A stretch of DNA of 64,000 nucleotides from an uncultured Chloroflexia bacterium (lineage in GTDB: Bacteria; Chloroflexota; Anaerolineae; JAAYZQ01). The translations under genes were made by a program, and so were the position numbers. Positions 11,073 to 20,556 of the stretch are shown in pieces. Within the stretch, counting starts at the first letter, position 1; each line of letters starts with the position of its first letter. Below the pieces are notes generated by a model that had not been told where the DNA came from, made no database searches, and saw only the letters and a program-made list of their open reading frames with translations. Location of the stretch: contig CAVOXA010000001.1 of assembly GCA_963700285.1 (NCBI GenBank), positions 1,280,001-1,344,000 of the forward strand, in the 5' to 3' direction.

Positions 11073-11185
11073 TGCACTTTTCCTCCCAAGGCTGAGTTCC
11101 AGCATAGTCTACCACATCCAACCCAAGATTACAAAGCTGGTACGGGTGTTGTGCCAGATTGCCAGATTGGGGACCTGTTTGACCT

Positions 11186-11214
11186 TTGCCATCCAGCCGA
11201 GCATGGGGTATAAT
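11186..11214 (+). promoter_or_regulatory. Sigma70-type promoter for the nurA operon
   Basis: TTGCCA-17 nt-TATAAT, then a GGAG RBS before ATG 11232. Confidence 0.65.
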
Positions 11215-11231
11215 GGGCAGCGGGAGAAGCC

Positions 11232-12395
11232 ATGACACTGGAACTGAACAAGATCAGCGGGCAAATCGACGAGATGGGACAGGTGCTGGCCTCTCGTGCA
11301 GAACGCTTGCACAAGGTGCTGCCGGCCCTCCGTGCGCTCCGCTTGGCGTTCTCCGCTGACCTGGAGCGCCTGCGTGCTCTGGCCGTGTCGCCTTTGGGGC
11401 AGGAGGTCTGCTGTGCCTCACCCACTGAGGAACGCTTGGACGTGACGATGCCAGCGCCCACTCCCCCCGGATCTGCGACGATCATTGCCGCGGATGGTTC
11501 TCAGATCTATCCCGACACGCATGGTTGGGCGCTATACTACCTGATCAACGTCGGTAGCTTCGTCTATGGCCATGGCAGTGGTGAGGCGCCACAGGCGGCG
11601 ACCGAGCCACTGGTTGGCTATGGCGCTGACGAGGCCGGCAATCTGCTGACCAGCGAACAACTTGGCGCCCGACGGGACGTGGCCGAGATGCGCAAACTGG
11701 CCGAAAAAGCCCAGGAAGCATCGGGCGATGAGCCGCTGGTCGCCCTCTTGGACAGCACCCTTGGCCTGCGGGCTTGGTCGCCGGCCATCCCTCAGGCTGA
11801 ACAGGAATCGCTGCAACAGGACTATGCTGCCGCTCTGGACCGGTTGCGTGTATCAGGGGCTGCGCTTGCCGGGGTGGTCAGCCGCTCCCGGCGGGCCGGG
11901 GCTGTCAGCCTGCTCGAGCTGGCCAGCCGGGAAGATCCACAAAGCCCCTCGCCGGCTCTCTCTCCCTTCAGGGGCATCACGGATCAGGCGCTCTGGGGCG
12001 ATCTGCGCGCAGGCCAGCGGTCCGCGCTGATGTCGGAAGGCGGCTCTCCGCCTGTCTACTTTTTCTACCTCAACACGCAGCCGCCCGATGCGCCGCAGCC
12101 GCTTGAGGCCGAAGCGGAGCCCGCGCGCATTGAGGTCCCCGAATGGGTGGCCCTGAGCAGAGAAAAGCTCGATTGGGTGCACGCGTTGGTGTATGACCAG
12201 TGCAGCATAAACAGTGGCTATCCCTACGCCCTCACCAGGGCCGATGAACTGGCCATCATTCTCGGCGAGGAGCGCGAGGCACTGGAAATGATGATCCTGC
12301 AGTCCGCAAGCCGGCAGGGAGCGCCTTTTCTTCGGTCATCTTATAAGGAAGCGCAAAAGCGGATTGCCCGCGTCCAGCTCAGGAGGCGCAATTGA
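11232..12395 (+). CDS. nurA: NurA family DNA double-strand-break repair nuclease
   Basis: IAADGSQIYP, ARIEVPEW, GYPYALTRADELA; first gene of an overlapping three-gene operon ending in HerA. Confidence 0.85.
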   Translation: MTLELNKISGQIDEMGQVLASRAERLHKVLPALRALRLAFSADLERLRALAVSPLGQEVCCASPTEERLDVTMPAPTPPGSATIIAADGSQIYPDTHGWALYYLINVGSFVYGHGSGEAPQAATEPLVGYGADEAGNLLTSEQLGARRDVAEMRKLAEKAQEASGDEPLVALLDSTLGLRAWSPAIPQAEQESLQQDYAAALDRLRVSGAALAGVVSRSRRAGAVSLLELASREDPQSPSPALSPFRGITDQALWGDLRAGQRSALMSEGGSPPVYFFYLNTQPPDAPQPLEAEAEPARIEVPEWVALSREKLDWVHALVYDQCSINSGYPYALTRADELAIILGEEREALEMMILQSASRQGAPFLRSSYKEAQKRIARVQLRRRN

Positions 12396-12982
12396 GCGGT
12401 AAAGTCTATCAGGTAGGAAAGGTGGTCAGCGCCAGCAACGCGCGCTTTGCATTGGCCTGCCGGTCGCTTGCGTCGGAGGTACCCACCTTTGGGTCGCTGG
12501 TCAAAGCCAAATCGGAGCATGATATCGTCATCCTGGGACTGGTCCGCGATGTCCTGTTGTTGGACGATCCCCTCATCCGTCAGGTAGCCATTCTGGCCGA
12601 GGACCGGCCCGAACTGGTTGCTGACCAGCACCAGCGCCTGTTGCCCATCGAAGTTCATGTTCAGGTGGTCGGCCATCGTTGTGACGACCGGTGGTGCTAC
12701 TGGTTGCCACCACAGCCTCCCATGACTTTGGCCCGCATCGTGACCTGCACTGGCGAGGAGTTGTGTGGTTTCTCAGAGCGCTTTGACTACTTCCGGCTTG
12801 TGCTTGAAGGCCGGGATCTGCTCGGTGATGAACTGCTGGCGACGCATTTGCGCTTCGCGGGGGCGGCGCGCGAGGGTCAAGCTAAAAATGACTACCTGCT
12901 GGATGCTGGGCGCGAACTGGCCCGCTTGCTGGCCGTTGATCTGCCGCGGCTGGATGCCATATTGCGGAGGATACGGCCATGA
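12392..12982 (+). CDS. HAS-barrel domain protein
   Basis: VGKVV...PTFGSLVK...GLV, LPPQPP pattern; lies between nurA and herA with 4-nt overlaps. Confidence 0.75.
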   Translation: MSGKVYQVGKVVSASNARFALACRSLASEVPTFGSLVKAKSEHDIVILGLVRDVLLLDDPLIRQVAILAEDRPELVADQHQRLLPIEVHVQVVGHRCDDRWCYWLPPQPPMTLARIVTCTGEELCGFSERFDYFRLVLEGRDLLGDELLATHLRFAGAAREGQAKNDYLLDAGRELARLLAVDLPRLDAILRRIRP

Positions 12983-14715
12983 CGGATGCGTACAGCGAAC
13001 TGGATGGCTTTCTTTCTCGCGTGCCCTCAGCCCCAGCCGGGCCCCTGGAGGCTCGCCGCCTGGGTGTCGTCGTTGGCGGCAGCCTGAGCAAGGGGCTCAA
13101 CGTCAAGCTGGACCGCAGTACTGTCGTAGAGGGCATGGCTGTGGGCCGTTATGTGGTAATCCAGGGGCAGACGGGCCGCCGTTTCTTTAGCATCATCACC
13201 GACGTTGTCCTGGATAGTACCAATCCCGTCATCGAAAAGACGCCGCCCGATACTTCGGATCCTTTTCTAGCCCAGGTCCACCGGGGTACCACGGTTTTTG
13301 GCCGGCTGGAAGTGTCGCCCATGCTGGTGCTGGACCCATCGACAGGCTCGGCGCCTGGCGGTAGTAGCGAACCCAAGCCGGTCAAGACGGTTCCCGCTCA
13401 TTTCTCATCCGTCTTTGAAGCGACCGAAGAAGACGTCAACCAGGTCTTTGGCGGCGCGGCGGATGGCCATTTTTACATCGGAGCGCCGCTGGACATGGAA
13501 AACGTGCGCGTCCACCTGAACCTGGATCGCCTGGTAGAGCGTTCTAGCGGCGTCTTTGGCAAAAGCGGCACGGGCAAGACTTTCCTGACGAGGACGCTGC
13601 TGGCCGGTATCGTCAAGCAGAATGCGGCCGTGAATCTCGTCTTTGATATGCACAATGAGTACGGTTGGGAGAGCCAGGCAGAGGGACGCCATAGCGTCAA
13701 GGGCCTGCGCCAGATCTTCTCTTCAGGCCAGGTCAGCGTGATGACGCTGGATCCCGAGTCGTCGAGGCGCCGGGGCAGCAAGGTAGATTTCGATGTGCGC
13801 ATTGGCTACGATCAGATCGAGCCTGAGGACGTCGAAATGCTCAGCAGCTTGCTGGGTCTGACCGATGTCCAGGTGGGAGCCCTGTTCTTCCTGCGGCGTC
13901 GCCTTGGCCGCAACTGGATCGAAATCCTGCTCGCTGAGGGAGAGGATGAGGACGAAGGATCCACAAGGCTGGACGACCTTTTGGAAGAGGGCAAGCTCCA
14001 CGGCGGCACGCTGGGGGCCATCCAGCGAAAGCTGGGCATGTTCCGGCGCTTTGACTTTTTGCGGCCAAAGGCCCACCAGGACGTCGTGGGTACGATTATG
14101 GAGCACCTGGATCGGGGCGTTCACGTCATCCTGGAGTTTGGACGCTACGGCAGTCAGTTGGAAGCCTATATCCTGGTCGCCAACTACCTGACCCGGCGTA
14201 TCCACAGCCGCTATGTGCGCCACATGGAAGAGGCTTTGGGCAATAAATCTGAGGAGCCCACACCGCTGGTCATCACCATTGAGGAGGCGCACAAATTCCT
14301 GGATCCTGTCATTGCCCGCCAGACGATTTTCGGCACCATTGCCCGCGAGCTGCGCAAGTACAATGTCACCCTGCTCATCGTGGACCAGCGGCCCAGTGGT
14401 ATTGACGAAGAGGTGATGAGCCAGATCGGTACCCGGGTCACGGCCTTGCTTGACAATGAGGCCGACATCCGGGCGGTATTCACAGGCGTGTCCGGGGCCG
14501 GGGAACTGCGACAGGTACTGGCCCGGCTCGATACGCGCCAGCAGGCCCTGATCCTGGGCCACGCCGTGCCCATGCCTGTGGTCGTCCAGACGCGGCTCTA
14601 TGGCCCAGATCTTTACGCTGAACTAGGCCACATCGAGGGAGAGGCGCTGAGTGAAAAGCTGGCACAGAACGTGCAAATGATGCGTCCTGACGAGGACTTT
14701 GAAGGCTTTGACTAG
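12979..14715 (+). CDS. herA: HerA/FtsK-like ATPase (DUF87)
   Basis: Walker A GKSGTGKT, FDMHNEYG, Walker B IEEAHKF, ELRKYNVTLLIVDQRPS. Confidence 0.88.
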   Translation: MTDAYSELDGFLSRVPSAPAGPLEARRLGVVVGGSLSKGLNVKLDRSTVVEGMAVGRYVVIQGQTGRRFFSIITDVVLDSTNPVIEKTPPDTSDPFLAQVHRGTTVFGRLEVSPMLVLDPSTGSAPGGSSEPKPVKTVPAHFSSVFEATEEDVNQVFGGAADGHFYIGAPLDMENVRVHLNLDRLVERSSGVFGKSGTGKTFLTRTLLAGIVKQNAAVNLVFDMHNEYGWESQAEGRHSVKGLRQIFSSGQVSVMTLDPESSRRRGSKVDFDVRIGYDQIEPEDVEMLSSLLGLTDVQVGALFFLRRRLGRNWIEILLAEGEDEDEGSTRLDDLLEEGKLHGGTLGAIQRKLGMFRRFDFLRPKAHQDVVGTIMEHLDRGVHVILEFGRYGSQLEAYILVANYLTRRIHSRYVRHMEEALGNKSEEPTPLVITIEEAHKFLDPVIARQTIFGTIARELRKYNVTLLIVDQRPSGIDEEVMSQIGTRVTALLDNEADIRAVFTGVSGAGELRQVLARLDTRQQALILGHAVPMPVVVQTRLYGPDLYAELGHIEGEALSEKLAQNVQMMRPDEDFEGFD

Positions 14716-14790
14716 GGCCCGGGTCCTGTTCGCGGTGACCTGGCTGGTCGCTACCCCGGTCAGGATCCTAGAGTTGACGTAACTGTAAAC

Positions 14791-14819
14791 TTGTCACCCG
14801 AGTTCTTTCGTGGTAGAAT
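14791..14819 (+). promoter_or_regulatory. Sigma70-type promoter
   Basis: TTGTCA-17 nt-TAGAAT with extended TG, upstream of the FAH gene. Confidence 0.55.
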
Positions 14820-14905
14820 CCGATCCGTGGCTTCCTTCATGGTCGCCTGGCGGTTCTCTGGGAAGAGAGCGTGGTATCCAACCCTGCTGAGAAAGGCCGA
14901 AACAC

Positions 14906-15670
14906 ATGAGACTTGTTCGTTATCTTCTGGACGGTGACATCGGCTATGGCGTCATCGTCGAGCAGGTGGTGCACAAACTAGAGTCCGGCCCCTGGGGGCG
15001 TTTGCGACCGGGACCGGCGGTTTCTGCACTGCCGGATGTGACCCTGCTCGCCCCTTGCGAGCCCACCAAGGTGGTGGCCGTGGGCCGAAACTATGCCGCC
15101 CATGCCGCCGAGCATGGCTCGGAGGTGCCCAGTGAGCCCCTTATCTTTCTAAAACCTCCCAGCGCTGTCATCGGGCCCGGGCAGCCCATCATCTATCCCG
15201 GACGCTTGTCCCAGCACGTGGAGCACGAAGGCGAGTTGGTTGTGGTTGTGGGTCGACGGGCGCGTTACGTGCCCCGCGAGGAAGCCTTCTCTGTGGTGCT
15301 CGGCTACACCTGCGGCTGTGACGTGACCGCGCGCGACCTGCAACGCAGGGATGGGCAGTGGGCCCGGGCCAAGGGCTTTGATACCTTTTGCCCTTTGGGA
15401 CCCTGGATTGAGACTGAACTCGACATAAGTGATCTGGCAGTGCGAGCCCTCGTGAACGATCAGGTGCGCCAGGATGGCCGCACGAAGGACATGGTCTATC
15501 CCGTGGATGAACTGATCGCCTACGTGTCGGCCTTCATGACCCTCGAGCCGGGCGACGTCATCATGACCGGTACGCCCGAGGGCGTTAGCTCCGTGGTGCC
15601 GGGAGATCAGATCAAAATAGAGATCGAGGGAATTGGTACCCTCGAAAACAGGGTTGAAGGAACCAAGTAG
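14906..15670 (+). CDS. Fumarylacetoacetate hydrolase family protein
   Basis: VGRNYAAHA, PLIFLKP, EGEL, DVTARDLQ, KGFDTFCPLGP, GDVIMTGTP. Confidence 0.92.
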   Translation: MRLVRYLLDGDIGYGVIVEQVVHKLESGPWGRLRPGPAVSALPDVTLLAPCEPTKVVAVGRNYAAHAAEHGSEVPSEPLIFLKPPSAVIGPGQPIIYPGRLSQHVEHEGELVVVVGRRARYVPREEAFSVVLGYTCGCDVTARDLQRRDGQWARAKGFDTFCPLGPWIETELDISDLAVRALVNDQVRQDGRTKDMVYPVDELIAYVSAFMTLEPGDVIMTGTPEGVSSVVPGDQIKIEIEGIGTLENRVEGTK

Positions 15671-15682
15671 CGGAGATTTGCT

Positions 15683-16483
15683 TTGGAGGATGTCCTTTGG
15701 GTTCTGTCCCATATGGAGCCTGTGGATGTCGTCGACATCCTGCTGGTTGCCATTGTCTTCTATCTGCTGTTTTCCCTGGCAAAGGGGACGCAGGCAGTCC
15801 AGTTGTTCCGTGGAGTAGTCCTCGTCATTCTGGTGGCTTTCCTGGCCGGGCAGATCTTGCCCTTCACGGGCTTCACCTGGCTCCTCCGAGCCTCGTGGCC
15901 AGCCCTGTTGATCTCGATCCCGGTGATCTTTCAGCCCGAGCTGCGCCGTGCTTTGGAGCGGCTGGGGCGGACGGGCAGTTTCCTGGTCCGGCCGCAGCAG
16001 GACGAGGTCGTGGATCCGGTGATCGACGAGGTTGCACGGGCGGCCCACCGCTTGTCAGGGGAGCGTCATGGGGCGCTGATCGTCTTTGAGCGGGAGACCG
16101 GTCTGCAGGAGTTTGTCGAGACGGGCGTGCCCATCGACGCCGACGTGAACGCGGAACTGCTGCGCACCATCTTTCACCCGAACACGGCGCTTCACGACAA
16201 GGCAGTCATCATCCGCGATGGCAGGATCGCCGCTGCCAGTTCGATGCTGCCCGTAACCCACAATCCTCAGTACAGTGGCATGGGTACCCGCCACCGGGCG
16301 GCTGTGGGTCTGACAGAAGAGAGCGACGCCCTTGTGGTCATCGTATCAGAGGAGACCGGGGTCATCTCCGTCGCCTACAACGGCAAGATCGTCCGTCGCC
16401 TCGACATAAACAGGCTGCGGAACGTGCTGCTGGCCTTCTTCCAGCATCAGCTCGGGGGCCGTGGCTGGACCAATCGGATCTAG
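15683..16483 (+). CDS. cdaA: Diadenylate cyclase, CdaA type (3 TM + DAC domain)
   Basis: VIFQPELRRALERLG, GALIVFER, LHDKAV (DGA variant), GTRHRAA, VSEETG. Confidence 0.88.
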   Translation: MEDVLWVLSHMEPVDVVDILLVAIVFYLLFSLAKGTQAVQLFRGVVLVILVAFLAGQILPFTGFTWLLRASWPALLISIPVIFQPELRRALERLGRTGSFLVRPQQDEVVDPVIDEVARAAHRLSGERHGALIVFERETGLQEFVETGVPIDADVNAELLRTIFHPNTALHDKAVIIRDGRIAAASSMLPVTHNPQYSGMGTRHRAAVGLTEESDALVVIVSEETGVISVAYNGKIVRRLDINRLRNVLLAFFQHQLGGRGWTNRI

Positions 16484-16496
16484 GCGGGTTGGCAGG

Positions 16497-17054
16497 TTAG
16501 GGCTCGAGTGCCTTGTCAATCTCCCGGCTCAGTTGTGCCTGGGTGATGGCGCCGAGAAAGTGGTGGACGAGGTTCCCCTGACCATCGACGACAAAGGTCT
16601 CGGGGACGCCGGTTACGCCGTAGGAGCGTGCGGTGTGGTTGCCGGGGTCTATGGCGCTTGGGTAGGTCACTTTGAACTTGTCCAGGAAGGCCTGGGCCTT
16701 TGACGCGGCATCCTTGTAGGCGATGCCATAGAATTGCACCCCTTGGCCCTGGTAGTCGCGCCAGGTCTGCTCCAGATCGGCGGCTTCCTGTTGGCAGGGG
16801 TCGCACCAACTGGCAAAATAGTTGATCACAACTACGTTGCCCCGTTGGGCAGCCAGGTTCATTGAGCTGCCGTCGAGGGCATTGAGCTGAAACTCAGGAA
16901 CTGGACTGCCGGTCTGGGGTAGCTCGGTGGGTTGATCGATAATGGCATAGCCGAGCAGGAACAGAACCAGCAGGGCAATAGCGCCAGCGGCGATCCAAGC
17001 TGGTGAAAAACCCCTTTGGGTATCATCCCTCTGAGGTGGATCGGACGTTTCCAT
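16497..17054 (-). CDS. TlpA/ResA-like thiol-disulfide oxidoreductase
   Basis: N-terminal TM, NYFASWCDPC, YGVTGVPETF. Confidence 0.88.
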   Translation of the reverse strand: METSDPPQRDDTQRGFSPAWIAAGAIALLVLFLLGYAIIDQPTELPQTGSPVPEFQLNALDGSSMNLAAQRGNVVVINYFASWCDPCQQEAADLEQTWRDYQGQGVQFYGIAYKDAASKAQAFLDKFKVTYPSAIDPGNHTARSYGVTGVPETFVVDGQGNLVHHFLGAITQAQLSREIDKALEP

Positions 17055-17254
17055 CACGTTTCTCCTGAAAGAATTGGCCTGCATTGTACCTCAGGTTTTA
17101 CTGCCTGTCCAGCTAGAACAAGAGCGCAGGCGGCCCGTGGCAGAGTCACGTCAGCGGACCTTGCTGCGCGAGCCTGCGGGTGGTTGGCCGAATCAAGATA
17201 CAGTGCAGCAGCCCTGAGGGCGTAGGCGACGAGGAAAGGTAGTAGGGTAGCGCA

Positions 17255-17923
17255 TTGAAATTGGAAAACCTGAAAAACCTGAAAAACCGCATTCTGCCGG
17301 TCGTAACCATGGCCCTGGTCCTAATGCTCTTGGCCTTGCTCGTCCTCTCCCCAGCCGATACACGGCTGGGCAATATCGTAAAGCTGGCCTATCTCCACGG
17401 TGCGCTGAACTGGGCAGGCCTGTTCACTTTCTCCGCTGCCGGCGTGCTTGGAGCCGTGGCCCTGCTTTTCCGGCGCCCTGGATGGTATCGTGGTACGCAG
17501 GCGGCGGGACAGGCAGCTCTCATTGTGTGGTTTGTGTACATCATTTCCTCCGTACTTGTCACCGGGCTGACCTGGGGGCAGTGGATCGCCTGGAACGAAC
17601 CCAGGGTGCAGGCCACAGGCTTGATCCTGCTGGCAGCGGTGGTGCTGGCCATCGTCACTCGCCTGGTAGAAAATCGAGATTTCACCGCGGCCGTGAACCT
17701 GCTCATGGGCATTGTCCCCTGGATCGTGATTGGCCAGGCAGATGCCATCCGCCATCCGGCGGATCCCATCGGTGGGTCGGACTCGGCCGCCATCCAACTC
17801 TTCTTCCAGCTCATCGTGCTTGCTACGGTGGGACTGGCCGCCTCGCTCATCGCCTGGCTGTGGACCCGTCAGGAGCTTGCGACAAGGCCACAGTTGGCGG
17901 AGACAGGCTCTACCCCTGAATAA
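17255..17923 (+). CDS. CcmC/CcsA-like cytochrome c assembly membrane protein
   Basis: About six TM segments. YLHG, Trp-rich TWGQWIAWNEPR (WWD-like) and a later RHP His; divergent from TlpA. Confidence 0.65.
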   Translation: MKLENLKNLKNRILPVVTMALVLMLLALLVLSPADTRLGNIVKLAYLHGALNWAGLFTFSAAGVLGAVALLFRRPGWYRGTQAAGQAALIVWFVYIISSVLVTGLTWGQWIAWNEPRVQATGLILLAAVVLAIVTRLVENRDFTAAVNLLMGIVPWIVIGQADAIRHPADPIGGSDSAAIQLFFQLIVLATVGLAASLIAWLWTRQELATRPQLAETGSTPE

Positions 17924-17947
17924 AAGGAGGCATCGCCCTTGTATCCG

Positions 17948-19669
17948 ATGAAAGTCATTACCGTGGAGATGATGCGCCGTCTGGAGGTTGAGGCCAACGC
18001 GGGTGGCTTGGGCTACGCGGAGATGATGGAGACTGCCGGCTATCGTACTGCCCAGGCGATACGCGAGCGGGTGGCAGTAGAGAACAAGCGTGTCCTTGTT
18101 CTGGCTGGTCCGGGCAACAACGGTGGCGACGGGTTGGTGGCGGCCCACCATCTGAAAGAGATGGGCGCCAAGGTGACCTGTTACCTGTGGAAACGAAACC
18201 CGGAAGGCGATGCGAACTTTCAGCGGGTGAAAGCTGGCGGCATCTTTGTTGTCTGGGCCGAGGAGGACAGCGATTTTGACACCCTCCGCGCACTGGCTTC
18301 CGCGGCCGATGTCGTTGTGGACGCACTGTTAGGCATAGGGGTCACACGGCCCATCGGCGGTAGTCTGGAGGGCATTTTGGGAGTTCTGCGACAATTGGTC
18401 GTCGAGCCCAGGGCCTGGGACGGCTTGCTTGAAGCGATCCCTCGCGGACGGGTGGGAGGCCGCCCTCTTCTCGTTGCCGTCGACTGCCCCACGGGCTTGG
18501 ACTGCGATACGGGAGCTTTGGATCCGGCCGCCGTACCGGCTGACGTGACTGTTACCTTTGCTTACCCCAAGGTAGGCTTGTTGCGCTCCCCGGGTGCCGG
18601 CGCCGTGGGTGACCTCGTCGTGGCCGGCATCGGCATCCCGCCCGAACTGGCCGCTGACGTGCGCTTGGAGATGGCCACGCCCGATCTGGTCCGCGCCTGG
18701 CTCCCAGACCGGCCCCAGTTAGCGCACAAAGGCACCTTTGGTCGGGCGCTTATTATCGCCGGATCAGTCAACTATGTCGGCGCAGCGGCCCTGGCCGGGG
18801 CGGGAGCGACGCGTGTTGGCGCCGGCCTGGTGACCCTAGGCTTGCCTGCCCCCATCCTACCGGCGGTGGCGGCTCGCCTGACGGAGTCGACCTACCTCCT
18901 TTTGCCCAACGATCTGGGCGTGACCGCCTCCGGCGCGGTGGATATGCTGCATGAGAGGGCGAATAGCTACGACGCCCTGCTCGTGGGGCCGGGACTAACG
19001 CAGGAGAGAGAAGCCGTCGCCTTTGTCCATGGCTTTCTGGGAGTGGATCGGTCCGATAGAAAAGGACGGATCGGCTTTGTCTCTCCCCGGCAGGGGCAAG
19101 CATCGGGCCGGCCCAAACTGCCGCCACTGGTGGTGGATGCCGACGCCTTGAACGCTTTGGCCGCGGCCGGCACTGGAGATCCGGACGCTGAGTGGTGGAC
19201 GGCCCTACCGCCCGAAACAATTCTTACGCCTCACCCCGGCGAGATGGCCCGGCTGATGGGGGGCGACGCCACGTCCCGAGACGTCCAGCGAGACAGGGAG
19301 GGACTCAGCCAGCGCATGGCCGCCAAGTGGAACGCCATTGTCGTGCTCAAGGGTGCCTTCACGGTCGTCGCCGCCCCCGATGGCAGGCAGGTCGTGCTGC
19401 CCTTTGCCAATCCTGGACTGGCCACGGCCGGCAGCGGAGACGTGCTTGCCGGGGCCATCGTCGGTCTGCGCGCCCAGGGTGTGGACGCCTTTGAGGCCGC
19501 GGTGGCCGGCGCCTATCTTCATGGTCTGGCAGGGGAGCTGGTCCGGCGGGATCTGGGCGACATGGGTATGGTAGCCGGGGATCTGCCCCCCAGACTGCCC
19601 CTGGCCATACGCCGCGTACGGCAGGTTGGCCGCCCGGCGCTCGGACCCGAACCCGCGCCCACCGGCTAG
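17948..19669 (+). CDS. nnr: Bifunctional NAD(P)HX epimerase/dehydratase (NnrE-NnrD)
   Basis: GPGNNGGDG, DALLGIG, HKGTFG, GPGL, DADAL, TPHPGEM, LKG, ATAGSGDVLAG. Confidence 0.93.
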   Translation: MKVITVEMMRRLEVEANAGGLGYAEMMETAGYRTAQAIRERVAVENKRVLVLAGPGNNGGDGLVAAHHLKEMGAKVTCYLWKRNPEGDANFQRVKAGGIFVVWAEEDSDFDTLRALASAADVVVDALLGIGVTRPIGGSLEGILGVLRQLVVEPRAWDGLLEAIPRGRVGGRPLLVAVDCPTGLDCDTGALDPAAVPADVTVTFAYPKVGLLRSPGAGAVGDLVVAGIGIPPELAADVRLEMATPDLVRAWLPDRPQLAHKGTFGRALIIAGSVNYVGAAALAGAGATRVGAGLVTLGLPAPILPAVAARLTESTYLLLPNDLGVTASGAVDMLHERANSYDALLVGPGLTQEREAVAFVHGFLGVDRSDRKGRIGFVSPRQGQASGRPKLPPLVVDADALNALAAAGTGDPDAEWWTALPPETILTPHPGEMARLMGGDATSRDVQRDREGLSQRMAAKWNAIVVLKGAFTVVAAPDGRQVVLPFANPGLATAGSGDVLAGAIVGLRAQGVDAFEAAVAGAYLHGLAGELVRRDLGDMGMVAGDLPPRLPLAIRRVRQVGRPALGPEPAPTG

Positions 19670-19688
19670 CGCTGGTCCTTGCCTCTTC

Positions 19689-19877
19689 CCTGCTCGCAAT
19701 GGGTCTGTGACCGGTTGCCTGTGTATGAACGAGCCAGAAAACACCTGGACTCGGAGCAGGCGGGAGCAGGGACAGGTCAGGCACCATGCCGTCCCCTTGC
19801 TCGCAACGGGTCCGTGACCCGTTGTCTGGACATGAACGAGCCAGAAAACACCTGATCATGAACCAAGCTTGAGCAGG
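19689..19877. repeat. Two tandem copies of a hairpin-containing repeat (REP-like)
   Basis: Copies start at ~19689 and ~19796: YTGCTC-GCAAYGGGTC-YGT-GACCSGTTGY-CTG...ATGAACGAGCCAGAAAACACCTG...GAGCAGG. Confidence 0.8.
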
Positions 19878-19906
19878 CAAAATGCAATGTCCGAAGGAGA
19901 TCCATC

Positions 19907-20344
19907 ATGTACACCTTTGAACCAATTGGCCAGATCCGCTCACCTTTCACCCGGCGGGATCGGACCCCCATCCAGCCCTATCGCTCTCAAGCCGTGGGAC
20001 GCGTCGAACTGCTGCCCGAGTACGAGCCTGGCCTTCGGGACCTGGATGGCTTCTCCCACGTAATTCTACTCTATGTCTTTCACCGCGCCGATCCTGGCTA
20101 TGATCTGGAGGTTACGCCTTTTCTCGACGACGAGCCCAAAGGCCTTTTCGCCACGCGCTACCCCCGCCGGCCCAATCCCATCGGCCTGTCGGTGGTACGC
20201 CTGGTGCGGTGCGAGGGCCGGGTGCTGCATGTGGAAGGCATTGATGTCCTGGATGGCACGCCGTTGCTGGACATAAAACCCTACGCTCCACCCTTCGATG
20301 CCCATCCCGACGCGCGCTTTGGCTGGCTGGAGGACAGAGCCTAG
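19907..20344 (+). CDS. trmO: tRNA (N6-threonylcarbamoyl-A37) methyltransferase TrmO/TsaA family
   Basis: PIGQIRSPF, FSHVILLYVFH, GLFATRYPRRPNPIGLS, DVLDGTPLLDIKPY. Confidence 0.88.
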   Translation: MYTFEPIGQIRSPFTRRDRTPIQPYRSQAVGRVELLPEYEPGLRDLDGFSHVILLYVFHRADPGYDLEVTPFLDDEPKGLFATRYPRRPNPIGLSVVRLVRCEGRVLHVEGIDVLDGTPLLDIKPYAPPFDAHPDARFGWLEDRA

Positions 20345-20397
20345 TGCCATCCCACATCGCTTGTACCGGCCTGCTGCTACAAGCAGCCGTCCTATCT

Positions 20398-20427
20398 CCT
20401 GCTCGCACCCGGTCCGTGACCGGGTGC
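20398..20427. repeat. Third, shorter copy of the hairpin repeat
   Basis: CCTGCTC-GCACCCGGTC-CGT-GACCGGGTGC, a perfect 10-bp stem with the same loop as copy 2. Confidence 0.75.
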
Positions 20428-20556
20428 CTTGTGCGAGGAACCTCCCGACGATACCTCGTCACGCACCCGCTGCAGAGCGCGATGAGCCAGTGTTCGCTGT
20501 CTGACAGGCCGTCACTTTGTTCTCAAAGCCTGCAGTCTACTGCATAGAACGCCCCC

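Noticed and set aside
11073-11230. Purine riboswitch upstream of xpt-guaA
   Set aside because: A TTGTAA-17-TAGACT promoter leaves only a very short leader, and no purine aptamer core is visible.
17264-17290. GAAAAACCT 9-bp tandem repeat as a phase-variation tract
   Set aside because: Only about three in-frame units, so copy-number changes would not shift the frame.
19689-19877. Hammerhead ribozyme (hairpin followed by CTG...ATGA...GAAA)
   Set aside because: The core is not CUGANGA, and stems II and III cannot be formed.
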